From Candidatus Omnitrophota bacterium (GTDB taxonomy: Bacteria > Omnitrophota > Omnitrophia > Omnitrophales > Aquincolibacteriaceae): 64,000 nt of DNA. This document shows, piece after piece, positions 28,555-39,800 of the stretch. The position numbers and the translations under genes are program-made. Each line of letters starts with the position of its first letter. Position 1 is the stretch's first letter. The stretch spans positions 4,373-68,372 of the forward strand of contig JAUYMS010000011.1 in the NCBI GenBank assembly GCA_030698625.1. The letters are read 5' to 3'. A model generated the notes under the pieces. It made no database searches, was not told the DNA's origin, and saw only the letters and a program-made list of their open reading frames with translations.

Positions 28555-29865
28555 TCATACCAAATATTCCTGAAGCAAGACGGCAAAGCCCAGAAAGGCA
28601 AAAAAGCCCATGACATCGGTGATCGTCGTCAAAATAATGTTCGAACATTGCGCGGGATCAAGGCCGAGCGCTTTCATGGTGAGCGGAATCGCAGAGCCGC
28701 TGAGGCCGGCAACCGCTAAATTGACGACCATCCCAAGCCCGATGACCAATCCCATGTAAGGGTTCCCCTGCCAAAGCCAGGCAATCATCGCTGTCACAAT
28801 CCCGATCACGATGCCGTTGATAATGCCGATAAAGGTTTCTTTTAAAATGAGCGTCTTCACCTTTCTCGCCGGAATTTCCCGCATGACTAAACCCCGCATC
28901 ACCACCGCCAGGGATTGGGCCCCGGCATTTCCGCCTTGCCCCGCCACAACCGGCAGGTAAACCGCGAGTACGGTAATCTTCGCAATGACATCTTCAAATA
29001 AGGACACTACGGTAGCCGCCAAAAATGCCGTCGCCAGGTTGACATGCAGCCACGGCAAACGGGTTCGGAGCGAAAACCACACAGACGAAAACGCCCTCTC
29101 ATCCCCGCCGACACCGAACATCTTTTGCAAGTCTTCCGTGGCTTCTTCCTGAATGCCCGCAATCAGTTTCTCCGCTTTAACCACCCCGAGGAGCTGGCCT
29201 TCCTGGTCGACAACCGGCGCTGCGAAAAACTTTCGGGTTTGCAATTCTTCGGCGACCTTCTCACGGTCCATAAAGCATTCGACGGTAAAAACGTTCGTGC
29301 GCATGATCGATCCGAGAGTCGTATCATCCTGAGCCAGCAACATGTCACGCATGTTCATGATGCCGACGAGACGGTTATCGTTATCGACGACATAAATATA
29401 GGACGCCGAGGTTTTTTTCTGTTCCATGCTCCGGACTTTCTCGACGGCCTCTCTGACTTTCAGATCCGAGTGGAACGCAAGGACATCCGTTGTCATGATA
29501 CGTCCGGCGCTTTCCTCGGGATAACTCAGGAGTTCCTGAATTTTCTTTTTCTTTTCTACAGACAAATGTTCCAGGAATTTCTCTCTTGAGTCATGAGGCA
29601 AGCGCAGGAAAATACCGGCGCCTTGTTGAGTATCAAGGCCATCGACGATCGCCTTTAATTTATCCTGCGGCAGGTCCTCGAGCAGGCGGGCGGCTAAGTC
29701 GTTCGGGAGGTGGCGAACCGCCTTGGCCGACAGGTGCGGCGGAAGAGCTCGAAGAATCTCAAGGGCTTCGTCCTCGTCCATGGCCTCCAAACCGTGTGCC
29801 GCGTCGGCCGAATCCTTATTAAAGTACCTCTCCATAAGGGGCAATAATGATATTTCAGTTTCCAT
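28555..29865 (-). CDS. mgtE: Magnesium transporter MgtE
   Basis: N-domain, CBS pair (SAGRIMTT), EEATED, RLPWL, GGNAGAQS, LDPA, TDVMGF. Confidence 0.93.
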   Translation of the reverse strand: METEISLLPLMERYFNKDSADAAHGLEAMDEDEALEILRALPPHLSAKAVRHLPNDLAARLLEDLPQDKLKAIVDGLDTQQGAGIFLRLPHDSREKFLEHLSVEKKKKIQELLSYPEESAGRIMTTDVLAFHSDLKVREAVEKVRSMEQKKTSASYIYVVDNDNRLVGIMNMRDMLLAQDDTTLGSIMRTNVFTVECFMDREKVAEELQTRKFFAAPVVDQEGQLLGVVKAEKLIAGIQEEATEDLQKMFGVGGDERAFSSVWFSLRTRLPWLHVNLATAFLAATVVSLFEDVIAKITVLAVYLPVVAGQGGNAGAQSLAVVMRGLVMREIPARKVKTLILKETFIGIINGIVIGIVTAMIAWLWQGNPYMGLVIGLGMVVNLAVAGLSGSAIPLTMKALGLDPAQCSNIILTTITDVMGFFAFLGFAVLLQEYLV

Positions 29866-29867
29866 GG

Positions 29868-31340
29868 CTATGCCTTTTCCTGTTTCTGATTCTCGGGATT
29901 TTTACTCTTCAAGGGTTCGATAACCGCATGGCCCTCTAATTTTTCTTCAAGGTATTTGACAACTTCTTCGGGCTTTGCGTCCTCAAGATACGGCACCTTT
30001 TCTGTTTGCTTTGCTTTCTGTTCGTTTTGGGCCGGGGCGGGAACAGGCGTCTCACTCGACGAGGGCGCCGGTTTGGCAGCTTCAGGCTCGGACTTGACTA
30101 GGGGCAGCACTTTTTTAACCTTATCCATAAGACCCTGCGACGAATTCTCCTCGCTTTTATTTTCGGGAGCAGGACGGTCCGCTATCCGAAATTCAATTTC
30201 TTGAGGTGCCAGGACCTCCATCGTCAGATCCTTTGGAAATTCGAAGTCCGAAGGATAAATTCTTACTTTTTGAGTCCCCTTTTTAGCTTCCGGGCTGACT
30301 ATGAATTTTATTTTTTTAGGGGCTAAGAAAAAGAATGAACTTCGAGGGCCGCCCAAAGTCACGTAAACCTTATCGGGCTTCACTTCTGCCATAACCAAAG
30401 CCGCCTTCATGGGCGGATATGAAACCGGAACCGTAAATGTCCTGTAGGTCTGTTTGCTCCCGTAAACTAATACGAACCAAATCGCAGAGGCGAGAAGAAA
30501 CCCGAGCAGCTTTTCCTTGGAATTCTTCTTCAGGAAACCTTCCCACGGCTTCACCTTAATCTTGGGATGAACGGCCTCATAGAATGCGGTCAGGATATTC
30601 CTTAAGTGCTCGGGATCCGAAATAACCGTTATATTCCCGTGGCAGGCTACAGAAATTGTTCCGCGCTCCTCAGAAACGACAAGACACAGGGCATCGCTTA
30701 ATTCCGCGAGACCCAATGCCGCGGCATGCCTCGTGCCGCCCTTGCCGATACTTTTCAAATCCTTAGACAGCGGAAGATGGCAGGAAAATCGAATAATTCT
30801 TGTGCCCTCGATATAGACGGCACCGTCATGCCCGATAGAGCCCGCGTCAAAAAGACTCTTCAAAAGAGCCTCGCTGATTTTACCGTCGAGATCGATTCCG
30901 TCGCCCAAATGGCGGACAATCAAATCTTTACCGCGTATAACAATCAAAGCACCTACCTTTTCCTTCGCCAGATCAATCAGGGTCCTTACGAGGATGTCGA
31001 CCTCGTCAAGAGACAGGCTTTGAGGCTTTATTTTGCCGATGCGTTTCCTTAAACTCCAGACCGCTATCTGTTCGAAGAAATGACGCAGTTCTTCCTGAAA
31101 GATCACGACGAGAGCGATTAAGATGATTGCGAAGAATTTTTCAAGCAGGCCTGCCGCCAGCACCATATTTAATTGACGAGTCACAAGATAAATCCCGGCC
31201 ACGATCAAAATACCTGTTAAGACAGAGGCCGCACGGGTTTTTTTCGACCAAACAAGCACGACATAGACCGCGAACCACATAAACAAAATATCTAAAAAGC
31301 CGGAAAGGCCTATTTCATTCATCCAATTGATGCCAATCAT
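29868..31340 (-). CDS. cdaA: Diadenylate cyclase CdaA fused to a TM plus YbbR/CdaR-like domain
   Basis: 3 N-terminal TMs, VIFQEELR, GALIV, HDGA, GTRHAAALG, VSEERG; then K-LL..LA..W TM and a beta-rich YbbR-like region; Pro-rich tail. Confidence 0.88.
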   Translation of the reverse strand: MIGINWMNEIGLSGFLDILFMWFAVYVVLVWSKKTRAASVLTGILIVAGIYLVTRQLNMVLAAGLLEKFFAIILIALVVIFQEELRHFFEQIAVWSLRKRIGKIKPQSLSLDEVDILVRTLIDLAKEKVGALIVIRGKDLIVRHLGDGIDLDGKISEALLKSLFDAGSIGHDGAVYIEGTRIIRFSCHLPLSKDLKSIGKGGTRHAAALGLAELSDALCLVVSEERGTISVACHGNITVISDPEHLRNILTAFYEAVHPKIKVKPWEGFLKKNSKEKLLGFLLASAIWFVLVYGSKQTYRTFTVPVSYPPMKAALVMAEVKPDKVYVTLGGPRSSFFFLAPKKIKFIVSPEAKKGTQKVRIYPSDFEFPKDLTMEVLAPQEIEFRIADRPAPENKSEENSSQGLMDKVKKVLPLVKSEPEAAKPAPSSSETPVPAPAQNEQKAKQTEKVPYLEDAKPEEVVKYLEEKLEGHAVIEPLKSKNPENQKQEKA

Positions 31341-31397
31341 TGTTTAACCCACTTTCTTGAAGCCTTTCGCGTTAGGACGGGCAGCCAAGCCCCGTGA

Positions 31398-32282
31398 CTA
31401 CACAACTTGACAGACCATCCTGTCCTTGCCCGACTTTTTGGCCTTGTACATCGCACGGTCAGCAGGACGCACCACGTCTTCATTCGTGTCCGGGATGGAG
31501 ACGAAGTGAATAACTCCTGCGCTAATCGTTGTGCCCTGCGATATTTCTCGTTTGAGAGAATCCATGATTCTTTGCGCGCACACTTGAGCCCCGTCCATTC
31601 CGGTCTCCGGAAGCAGAATCACGAATTCATCCCCTCCGAGCCGCGCAAGCACATCGACATTTCGAATCGAACCTAAGACTATAGCCACGACCTTCTTAAG
31701 CAGGTCATCCCCAAATTCGTGCCCGTGCAAATCATTCAGGGCTTTAAAATCGTCCAAATCGATATAGACGAGTGACATAAAATGACCGTACCGCTTCGAG
31801 CGGCTTCTCTCCTCTGTCAACTTTTCATAAAAGGCGCGGCTATTCAAGGCCCCCGTTAACGGGTCACGCCGCGAAATCTTTTTTTCGAGGTCGAGCAAAT
31901 TCACGAGCTGTTTCTGAAGCTCGATCATTCGTTTCTGCTTCCCCGCAAGCAGATTCATCACCCAGGCAATAAACGCGAAAGAAGAGAAACTAATCGTCGT
32001 GTTCCATAATTCGATTTGAGGTTCTCCCGACGGCTCCATGTTCAAACGCCCCAAATACCAAGCGCCGCTGCAAAGCAATACCATCGCATACGTGCTTCGC
32101 TTCCCCACAAACCAAGCCGAGATAATGATGGGCATGAAGTAGAACAAATAGACGGCATACCGCTCAACAGTCCAATAATCGACCACAAGAATAAGACCGG
32201 CTGTTATGGCAGCCATCGCAAACATGAGCCGCTTTTTCTGAATCAGGCTTCTCATAAATAACTTGTCATATGGGATGTTCAT
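31398..32282 (-). CDS. Membrane-bound diguanylate cyclase (GGDEF)
   Basis: About 4 TMs; DPLTG, DLDDFK, GD, ARLGGDEF, ADRAMYKAK. Confidence 0.92.
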   Translation of the reverse strand: MNIPYDKLFMRSLIQKKRLMFAMAAITAGLILVVDYWTVERYAVYLFYFMPIIISAWFVGKRSTYAMVLLCSGAWYLGRLNMEPSGEPQIELWNTTISFSSFAFIAWVMNLLAGKQKRMIELQKQLVNLLDLEKKISRRDPLTGALNSRAFYEKLTEERSRSKRYGHFMSLVYIDLDDFKALNDLHGHEFGDDLLKKVVAIVLGSIRNVDVLARLGGDEFVILLPETGMDGAQVCAQRIMDSLKREISQGTTISAGVIHFVSIPDTNEDVVRPADRAMYKAKKSGKDRMVCQVV

Positions 32283-32648
32283 CTTGTGATCGATAGGCCT
32301 GCTGAGGTCTTAGATCCGATCCGCTGCCCGTCAAAGACACCGGCGAGACAGCGGTCATACTTATCTGATGTCGTGGTCTTGATCATGACTGTCTTGCGGC
32401 TCAATTTACGTGCCACATATTTTTTGGCAAGTTCAGGCACAGGGATCATCTCAATGGGCGCCAATTTCCCGGCCGTGCCAGAACCGTTTTGCCTGATTTC
32501 GCTGTGAAGTTCCTCGCGGGTCCAGTTCCCGAGCGACAGCCTGCTCGGCAAGGAACCTCCCTTGCCAAATCGCGAGCCGCACCGCACTGCGCAGCTCGAA
32601 ATATGTCTGAAGCTTCTTAGCCGTTTTGTTCGCAGCCAGTGTCTTCAA
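32279..32648 (-). pseudogene. Deleted/frameshifted remnant of a DUF1016-N / thermonuclease-like gene
   Basis: Fragments TYFELRSAV..GRFLAEQAV, NWTREEL, AKKYV..IKTTTSDKYDRCLA (cf. SNase DKYGRxLA). Confidence 0.4.
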
Positions 32649-33136
32649 TGCGGCTTTCTTAAGACATAGTGGAGCAGGACCTCATCGGCTTGCCCCAGCC
32701 TTCGGCAGGCCTCCCGCGCAATGTTCATCATGAGAAATCCGAAAAGCTCCTTATCTTGATCAAAAATGGATAATAGCGCCGCCCGCGATAAGCTCATCAA
32801 TTCTGTATCTTCGACCGCCAATGCGCTGGCCGTGTGCGGCTGAATCCCGATGACCGCAGTTTCTCCTAAGCACTCGCCCACGCCGAGCTCAGCAAGCTCA
32901 AGCACCCCGAGCTCAGAGTCGGCAACGATCTTGACCTTTCCCTTCCTGATGATCCAAATATTCCTCGGCTCATCTTCCTGCCTAAAAACGTATTCCCCCG
33001 CTTTAAGAGACGCCTTCTCGAGCAAGCGAAAGACCGTATAAAGCTGTTTCTCCGTGAGCGCTCCGAAGAGGGCGATCTTGTTTAAAATGGGGAGGACATT
33101 TTCGATATCGTCTAGCGGGTAACTTTTCGTCGGCAT
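32645..33136 (-). CDS. Stand-alone cyclic nucleotide-binding domain protein
   Basis: LFGALT..GEYVFRQ..KGKVKI..GECLGETA..HTASALA; no HTH. Confidence 0.88.
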   Translation of the reverse strand: MPTKSYPLDDIENVLPILNKIALFGALTEKQLYTVFRLLEKASLKAGEYVFRQEDEPRNIWIIRKGKVKIVADSELGVLELAELGVGECLGETAVIGIQPHTASALAVEDTELMSLSRAALLSIFDQDKELFGFLMMNIAREACRRLGQADEVLLHYVLRKPH

Positions 33137-33207
33137 AAGCTATCATATTAAGGATATCCCCCGTGTTTCACAACAGCTTTTCAGGATAGCCGCGCAGAAG
33201 ATAGAGC

Positions 33208-33244
33208 AAAAAAGAAGGGGGGTGCCCTTTTCGGGCACCCCCCT
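33208..33244 (-). terminator. Rho-independent terminator
   Basis: Perfect 12-bp stem aggggggtgccc/gggcacccccct, 5-nt loop, U-tract on the minus strand downstream of 33286..33597. Confidence 0.85.
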
Positions 33245-33285
33245 GGTCTTTCCGACGACCCTCGTAACACAATTACACCAGTTCC

Positions 33286-33597
33286 TTATTTGTTTCTGTA
33301 ATTGCGCAGCGTCACCAAATCCCAAGCCGTATTTACGGCCGTTTTGGCATAGCGAACGGTTTCGTCTCTTATCTTTCTGATAGGATCCAAAACCGGTGCC
33401 AAAGGATCGGTAACTGCATGATAGGTCGTATCAATACCCTTGTTGGCTTCGTTCAATACCAACCCCGCATCTGCGATGGGATGGATATCGGACTTCATCC
33501 TGCCGTCGATAACGTTATCGACTGTTGCCGATAAGCTCCAACCCGGAGCCGAACCCGCAACCAACAGGATCGCCAAGAATATCGCGATCTTCTTCAT
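33286..33597 (-). CDS. Small secreted hypothetical protein
   Basis: MKK plus hydrophobic signal peptide; GGAGG SD; own terminator. Confidence 0.7.
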   Translation of the reverse strand: MKKIAIFLAILLVAGSAPGWSLSATVDNVIDGRMKSDIHPIADAGLVLNEANKGIDTTYHAVTDPLAPVLDPIRKIRDETVRYAKTAVNTAWDLVTLRNYRNK

Positions 33598-33853
33598 GGT
33601 AAACCTCCCCGGGGCAGCTCCTCTTGCCCCTTATTTCAAGCACCTGCTTGAACCGTTTTACCTGCTTATTAAGGCTAACCAACGTCCTATAATCATTCAC
33701 TAAGAGTGTACCCCCATTACAAGGCATGCGCCTGCGGACGCGGCTCAAGTATTGATCTATGATCTCTATTTGTATGAAGTTACGTCAATAATAGAAAGTC
33801 GGAAATTTCCTATTTAGCAGGGGTTTCAAGCTGGGAATGGGCCATTCGGGCAA

Positions 33854-36800
33854 TTACGCGGCTGCGCTGAGGTACTCGGCGGCAAATGCGCTGGTGGCAA
33901 GGATCTCGCCGATCGACATTTCGTACTCGGTGCGGATGTGTTGATCTTCGCCCGCGAGAACGATACCCACGCGCAGGACTAAGGGCACGGCTCCGAGGTA
34001 GGCGGCGTCGACTAAGCGGGTATGGGCTATTGAGGCTCCGGTATCGGTGATATTAAATATTTCAGAAGCCGCAATGCCTACTTCCTTACTACGCGACTCG
34101 AGCTCATTGCCCAAGCGCCAGTCGACCGCTTCAAAATCGGCGATCTTAAAGGAATCGTTGGCGGCATATTTGTTCTCTTCGGCGGCCTGCTCCAGTTCTT
34201 CCTTCAACCGGATTCGATCATCCAAATTGCGGTTGACTGAGACGGCGACAAGAAGCTTGAACCCTTTCGGCATGGTCTCGAAGCGGCTCGCTAATTGACC
34301 CACCCTTTCCAAGCTCTGTTTCGTTCCGTCATAGATGTAAACATAGTAGCCCGAAGACGGCACAAGCACGCGTTCGTTAATGCCGAACTTTAACTGGGCC
34401 ATCTCGACCACAGAAGACTGAATAAGGGCTTCCAGGGCCGAAGATTCACGCGGCAGGAGCGCCGTGAGCATCTGTCTCAGAAGAACATCATCACGAATGA
34501 GACTGACTTCGCGTACGGCCAGGGCCATTGCGTTCACCGTTCTTAACTCCGATCTCTGAGGGCCTCTTGTCCTCTCCTCCACGGCCTTGAGATCCTTCTC
34601 TTCATCCCCGAGCCAAACGCCCCACTCCTTCTCGGACTTAAAAAATGCCTCGACCAGGGAGATCACGTCACTGTGGTAATTCCCCTTGGCTTCAGGATCC
34701 AGGAGGTCCTCAACAGAAAACGTGGGAATCTGAAAATAGCTAATCCGTTTTCGGTTCGCGAGTTCAATGACCTTAGCGAGTTTCTCCCGATCACCGACAA
34801 TCGCCATCCATTTATCAAAGTCGGCGTCATTCTTGGCTTGAATCGCCCACCACATGAGTAAGCTGGTATGAAGCGGTCCGATTTCTTCGGACTCCACGTC
34901 AAAAGCTTTAATGTCTTGGCCGGTGATCGTGTTAAACAGCACTTGGGCTTGGAGGCGGATCTTGTTCGTCTCATTCCCGTTAACGCCCGGCTTCGGGGCT
35001 AAGCTCACCAAAAGGGCGCTCCATAATTCTTCGGGGATCTGGCGTTTCTTTAGGACTTCCTCAACCATCGCTGAGAGCCGGCCCGAATCGAACTCATCAT
35101 GAATCTGAAGCGGGTGCCCCAGAAAAACGCCGATCGCGGCATGAATCCGGGTCTTTGTCTCGACCCTTTCGGTCACCTGCGCATACGTCTCTCCGTCACG
35201 CAAACCGTCGGCCGCTTCAACTAAGGCAATTTTTGTCACGAAATTTCTTATAAGCTGGCCTCCCCAGACATTCAACTCGTAGCGGGCGAGGTCCAGGTCC
35301 CGGGCCGCGTCCTCCTTGCTTCCGTAGTCTGAAGTGAAGTTAGGGTCTTTATAGCTTTCATTCAACGCCTTGAGATATTCATGCCGCAGGATGGGCACCT
35401 GCAAAATCTCCCGATACTCCTCCGGAAAATTGTCAAAATGGTCTCGCAGTTCCACGGCAAGCCGGTCAACCACCGCGCGACCCGCGGGCGAAAGCGATCG
35501 GTCGGCATTCGGGCCGGTCGTTCCATGGATACTAGCGTTCAGATGCCCTTCGAGATAAACGTCCATCATCCAGTCGCCGTAATCCGGTCGGCCGTGTTCG
35601 GCAAGCACTCGAGGTCCATTACCTGTACCGTCATCAACCCTGGCTGCTATGAGCGCATTGAGTCCGTCGAGGAGAAACACGAGTTTCCCTGCATTGGAGA
35701 CATCCGTCAGGTTCGGCCAATCCTTTTCACTCCATGTCTCGGGGTATTGCAGAAGCATAAATACAAGATCGCTTGTGAGTTCTTCGACGGCCGTCAAGGT
35801 GAAGGGGTTGTGCCCGGTAGCCGAGATATCCGGATTAAACGTTAACATCCCCGGCATTCCCGGCGTGCCGCCCACGACCGACGTCTGTTTATTGATCGTA
35901 AATTCTCGAGGTGCCGTTCCCGGAGTGGCGACAGTCGAACTAAAACTACCCCGGTATCCGCTCGCAGTAAACTCCCCCCAACTGAAACCGTCGTCATTCG
36001 TGAAGTTGATGATTCCCTGCGGCGGTTGAAAAAGCAGCATCGACGGCTTCCAATGCTCCAGCACGATCTGCCGGACCTGATCCCGAATGAGTCCGTAAGA
36101 GGGAGCCGCTCCGTAGGAGCTTCCCATGGACCCCAACTGATCATTCGCACGAATGCTGCGATAGCGTGCGCGCCGCCACTGCATAAAAGGGCCTTTCTTC
36201 TCGGTCCCCATCAAGAGGCTCCGTGCATCGGGATTCAGACCGTGCTCCCTCAGAAAGGCAAATCGGTCCTGCTCAATGTCGATATTAAAATTCCGCCGCC
36301 CAAAGTCCCCTGTCCTGATGCTATATCTTACGGGAAACCGATCGGCATGCACATCAAGGGCCGCATGCTCAATGGCCCATCCCAATTCAAACCGGAGTGA
36401 GCTAAGAGCAAGCCCAAGATCCTGGCGATTATCCCGCCACGGGCGTTCGTGAAGGCGCCATTCCAGCGGTGAAAGATAACGATCGATGAGGTACTTCCTG
36501 TAGGGCCGAAATGATGCCTCTCCGACCTGCACGGTCTTTAAATTTTGCCGAATGTACGCTATAAATTGAGCGGCCGTTTGGTCCTTGCGGCCGTGAACGG
36601 CGAAGACCTTTACAAAGAAATTGGCGTACCAATCTCGCAGGTTAAAATAGCGGGCGTCATAGTCTTCGCTCTCTTCGTTAGCGTCAGGCAAACCCAATTT
36701 CTTCAGCTCTTCAAACAACTTTTCGAGCTCAGGCTTCACAATCTCATATTCTGCCTGACGGTCCGCCGGCATGTACCGGTGCATGACGTGGACGACATTA

Positions 36801-39800
36801 AATTCGAAGTCTCCGTAGGTTTCTATGAATTTTTTACCTTCGGGGTGATGCCGGATCAGATACCGCCATTGGTCCTCCGTGTAATCCCCTGCGCGGGCGG
36901 CAATTTCATTCGGCGTCATGTTCAAGAGCGCCGGGGGATCTTCGCCTCCCCAGATCTCGCGTTTTTCCTCTTCAGTAGCCGGAATCGTTCGTAGCATGCG
37001 CGGCGCACTCGTCACAACATCCACCTTCTTGGCTTCTTTATCTGCCACCTTCCCAACTTCGCCGAGGACTTCCTGAACAATGGCTCTCACGGTGGCTGCG
37101 TCGAGCGGCCCCGGCTGATCTTCCCGAGCTTCCGCCGCCTTTGGCAGCTCTGCTGCAAGGGCATGAGCAATCTCTTCGCGAACGATTTTTTCCACCACAG
37201 CACGCGTTTGCTCTTCTCGTTCACGCGGTCCCAATTCGGGGTTCGGCGATGAATTCCACAAAGCAATCCCAACTGCAACTGCCGCAATGGCCGCAGGGAT
37301 CACCTCTCTCAATTTGAGTCTGAGCGTTGACCGATTGGTGTCGCTCCTTAACTCCGACCGGTTAACACGCCATGGCGAGGAGTTCGCCGGCGTCCCGTTG
37401 ACCATGCTTATTGTGAGATAAACGAATGACACGGTCGTCAGGCCAATCCACAATTCGATAAATACAGTGAGCATAACATTGCCGGAAAAAAGCGCCGGCA
37501 GGAGTCCGAGCATGATACCCGTGACAGCTATCAGCGGGACGACTTGAAGAAAGATTTCTGCGGCAGTTTGAGAGAACGGCCGGCTCGGCATTCTGCTTTC
37601 AGGCTCGGCAGCCGCAGGTTCCTGGGCGGCCCCTGCCGCTTCCAGTGCGGCGGCCCGGTCAAACATCTCGATCAGCTTAACGCCGCGCGCTCGCAGATAA
37701 ATTCGCACGTAAAGCGAAACCAAAACAGACATATCCACCATGAAGGTGCCGGCAGATATGCCCGCAACAACCGTTTGTAAGAGAGTGCCCTCAGTAAGAG
37801 CGGTAGGCCCGACACCTAAAGTCAGCCCAAATGTGGTGGCGGCAATTGCCGTCAGGATCTTATAGAGCAGCGACTCATGGAACTGCGCCTTTTGATCGGC
37901 AATTTCCTGTTGAGTCCGGAAATATTCTGCGCTCACTCGTTCAACAATGGCTGTTGCTGCGCGCACACCAATGCCTGCAAGGCGGTCCAGCAAAAAGGCC
38001 TCGGTCGCGTCATTGATAATCCCGCCTTGGCGCAGTTCCCGCAGGACAGCAATCATTTCCTGTTTGGCCGCCAAGAGTTCGCCCGACGTCAGCACGTCTT
38101 CCGCATCTGCTTCCCGATGCCGTTCCACCAGTCCCGTCACAGCGGCTTCCGTCATCTGAATAAGCGCATCTGTGGCCTCGTCCTCGCCGACAGGTCGCCC
38201 TTTCGAGCGGTCATCCATCCATACGAGGGCTGGTTCGCCGGTCCCGGGTCCGAGCCGGTCCAGGATTCCCGAAGGCAGTAGGTAATCAGGGATATCATTC
38301 TGTGCGTAAAGATGAGCACCGTCATTTAAAGGCATGTCCATGGCCGCGGTCGTCCGTCCGGCTCCTAAAACATTTCGCGCTCCGGAACGGTCTTCGGCGG
38401 GGAATCTTGCGAATCCGGCAATGCCGGTCGGACTGCGCATGTAGAGCGTGCCGCCGTTGGCGCCCCGGTCCTCATAAGCCGCATGAACAACTCGTTCCAG
38501 CATCAGCTCTACCGCATCCCGCTCCTCCTCTCTCAATTCCGAACGAGCGGTCTTGCTCATGGCTTCGAGCGCCCCGCCTAAGTTTCTCTGACGAAAAATG
38601 CTCTCCGCCACAATCATGTACGCCAAAGTCACTGCCAAAGATTCCGGGGCATATGTTGCTAATGCCCGCTCGGCCCCACGCCCCCTGCGACTCAGATTCA
38701 AGAAGCTGAGTAAGCGGTCGAGGTCAAGAACCGTGCGCTCGACCGACAGCTGAAACCTGGGGTCATTTAGTTCCGATGTACCCGCCGGAAAAAGGCTTTC
38801 CACAAGAAGCTTTTCCAGCGGTATATGTTCTTGGCGCAGGGCGGATTCGTACAGCTCGGATTCCCTCGCCTTATCGATTTCTCCCGTGATACGCGGTGTG
38901 ATCACAACATAGGAATACCCCTTGTCACGAAGGGCTCTCTCAATTCCCGGCGTGTGAAAGCCGCCGCTCACAAGAGCAGAAATTGTTTCGCCGTTGGCCT
39001 CTATTTTTGCCAGGGTGTTCTCGACCAAGACTTGATCACGGCGAAGCGCAGCGTCATAAAATCGTTCCACCCCCGCTAGATCGCCGTCAATCCGCTCAAG
39101 CTTCGAAGGTAATTCATATGAGAAGCGGTACCGCTTCATGATGGGGGCGAGAAATTGACGGAAAGTCTTTCCGTTAAATTCATTCCGGAACGCATAGAAC
39201 AATTCGATATCGGACTCGGTCAGGGCAAAGTTGAACATCTTTTCGACGACCTCATAGATTTCAGACAGGTGATCTAATCGGCCCTCCTCGGCATTGCGCA
39301 ACAAACTGTTCTTGACGCTTCGCTCCAGCAGGTTGATCTCTTCGAAAACACCTGCCCCGATGTTGTCGTATTGTTGAACATAGCGGAGGTACCTCAAAAC
39401 GTTCTCATACAGGCTCTCATCCTGAGACGCCGGCAGCTGCTCCAGTTCCAGGCTCAAGTAGGCATAATAATCGGACCGTTTCATTTCCTTACTTTGATAC
39501 AAAGCCGTGCGCCTCATAAATTCAGCGAGCCGTTCGCCGGAAAGCGTCCGCTCAAGGGCCTGAGTGAATTCCTTGAGCTCATCCTCGATATTCTCAAAGC
39601 GAATCTCCTGCTCCGAATCAACCAGCTCAAGCAACTGCTGAATCCCGTAATAACCTTCTATGGAGATATTCTTACTCCGGGCCACCTCCACAAGATAGCG
39701 AGAGTAGCTCACCAACTGCCGTCCGCCGTCGCGAAAGGCCCGGCGGTGCAGTTCGAGGTCTCGGAACTCTTTCGAATAAATGAAGCGCCCGACATCCTCA

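Noticed and set aside
18848-28719. Long antisense ORFs (e.g. 18848..19684, 27892..28719; also 43673..44353, 53341..54033)
   Set aside because: Shadow frames opposite well-supported genes; no motifs or SD sequences.
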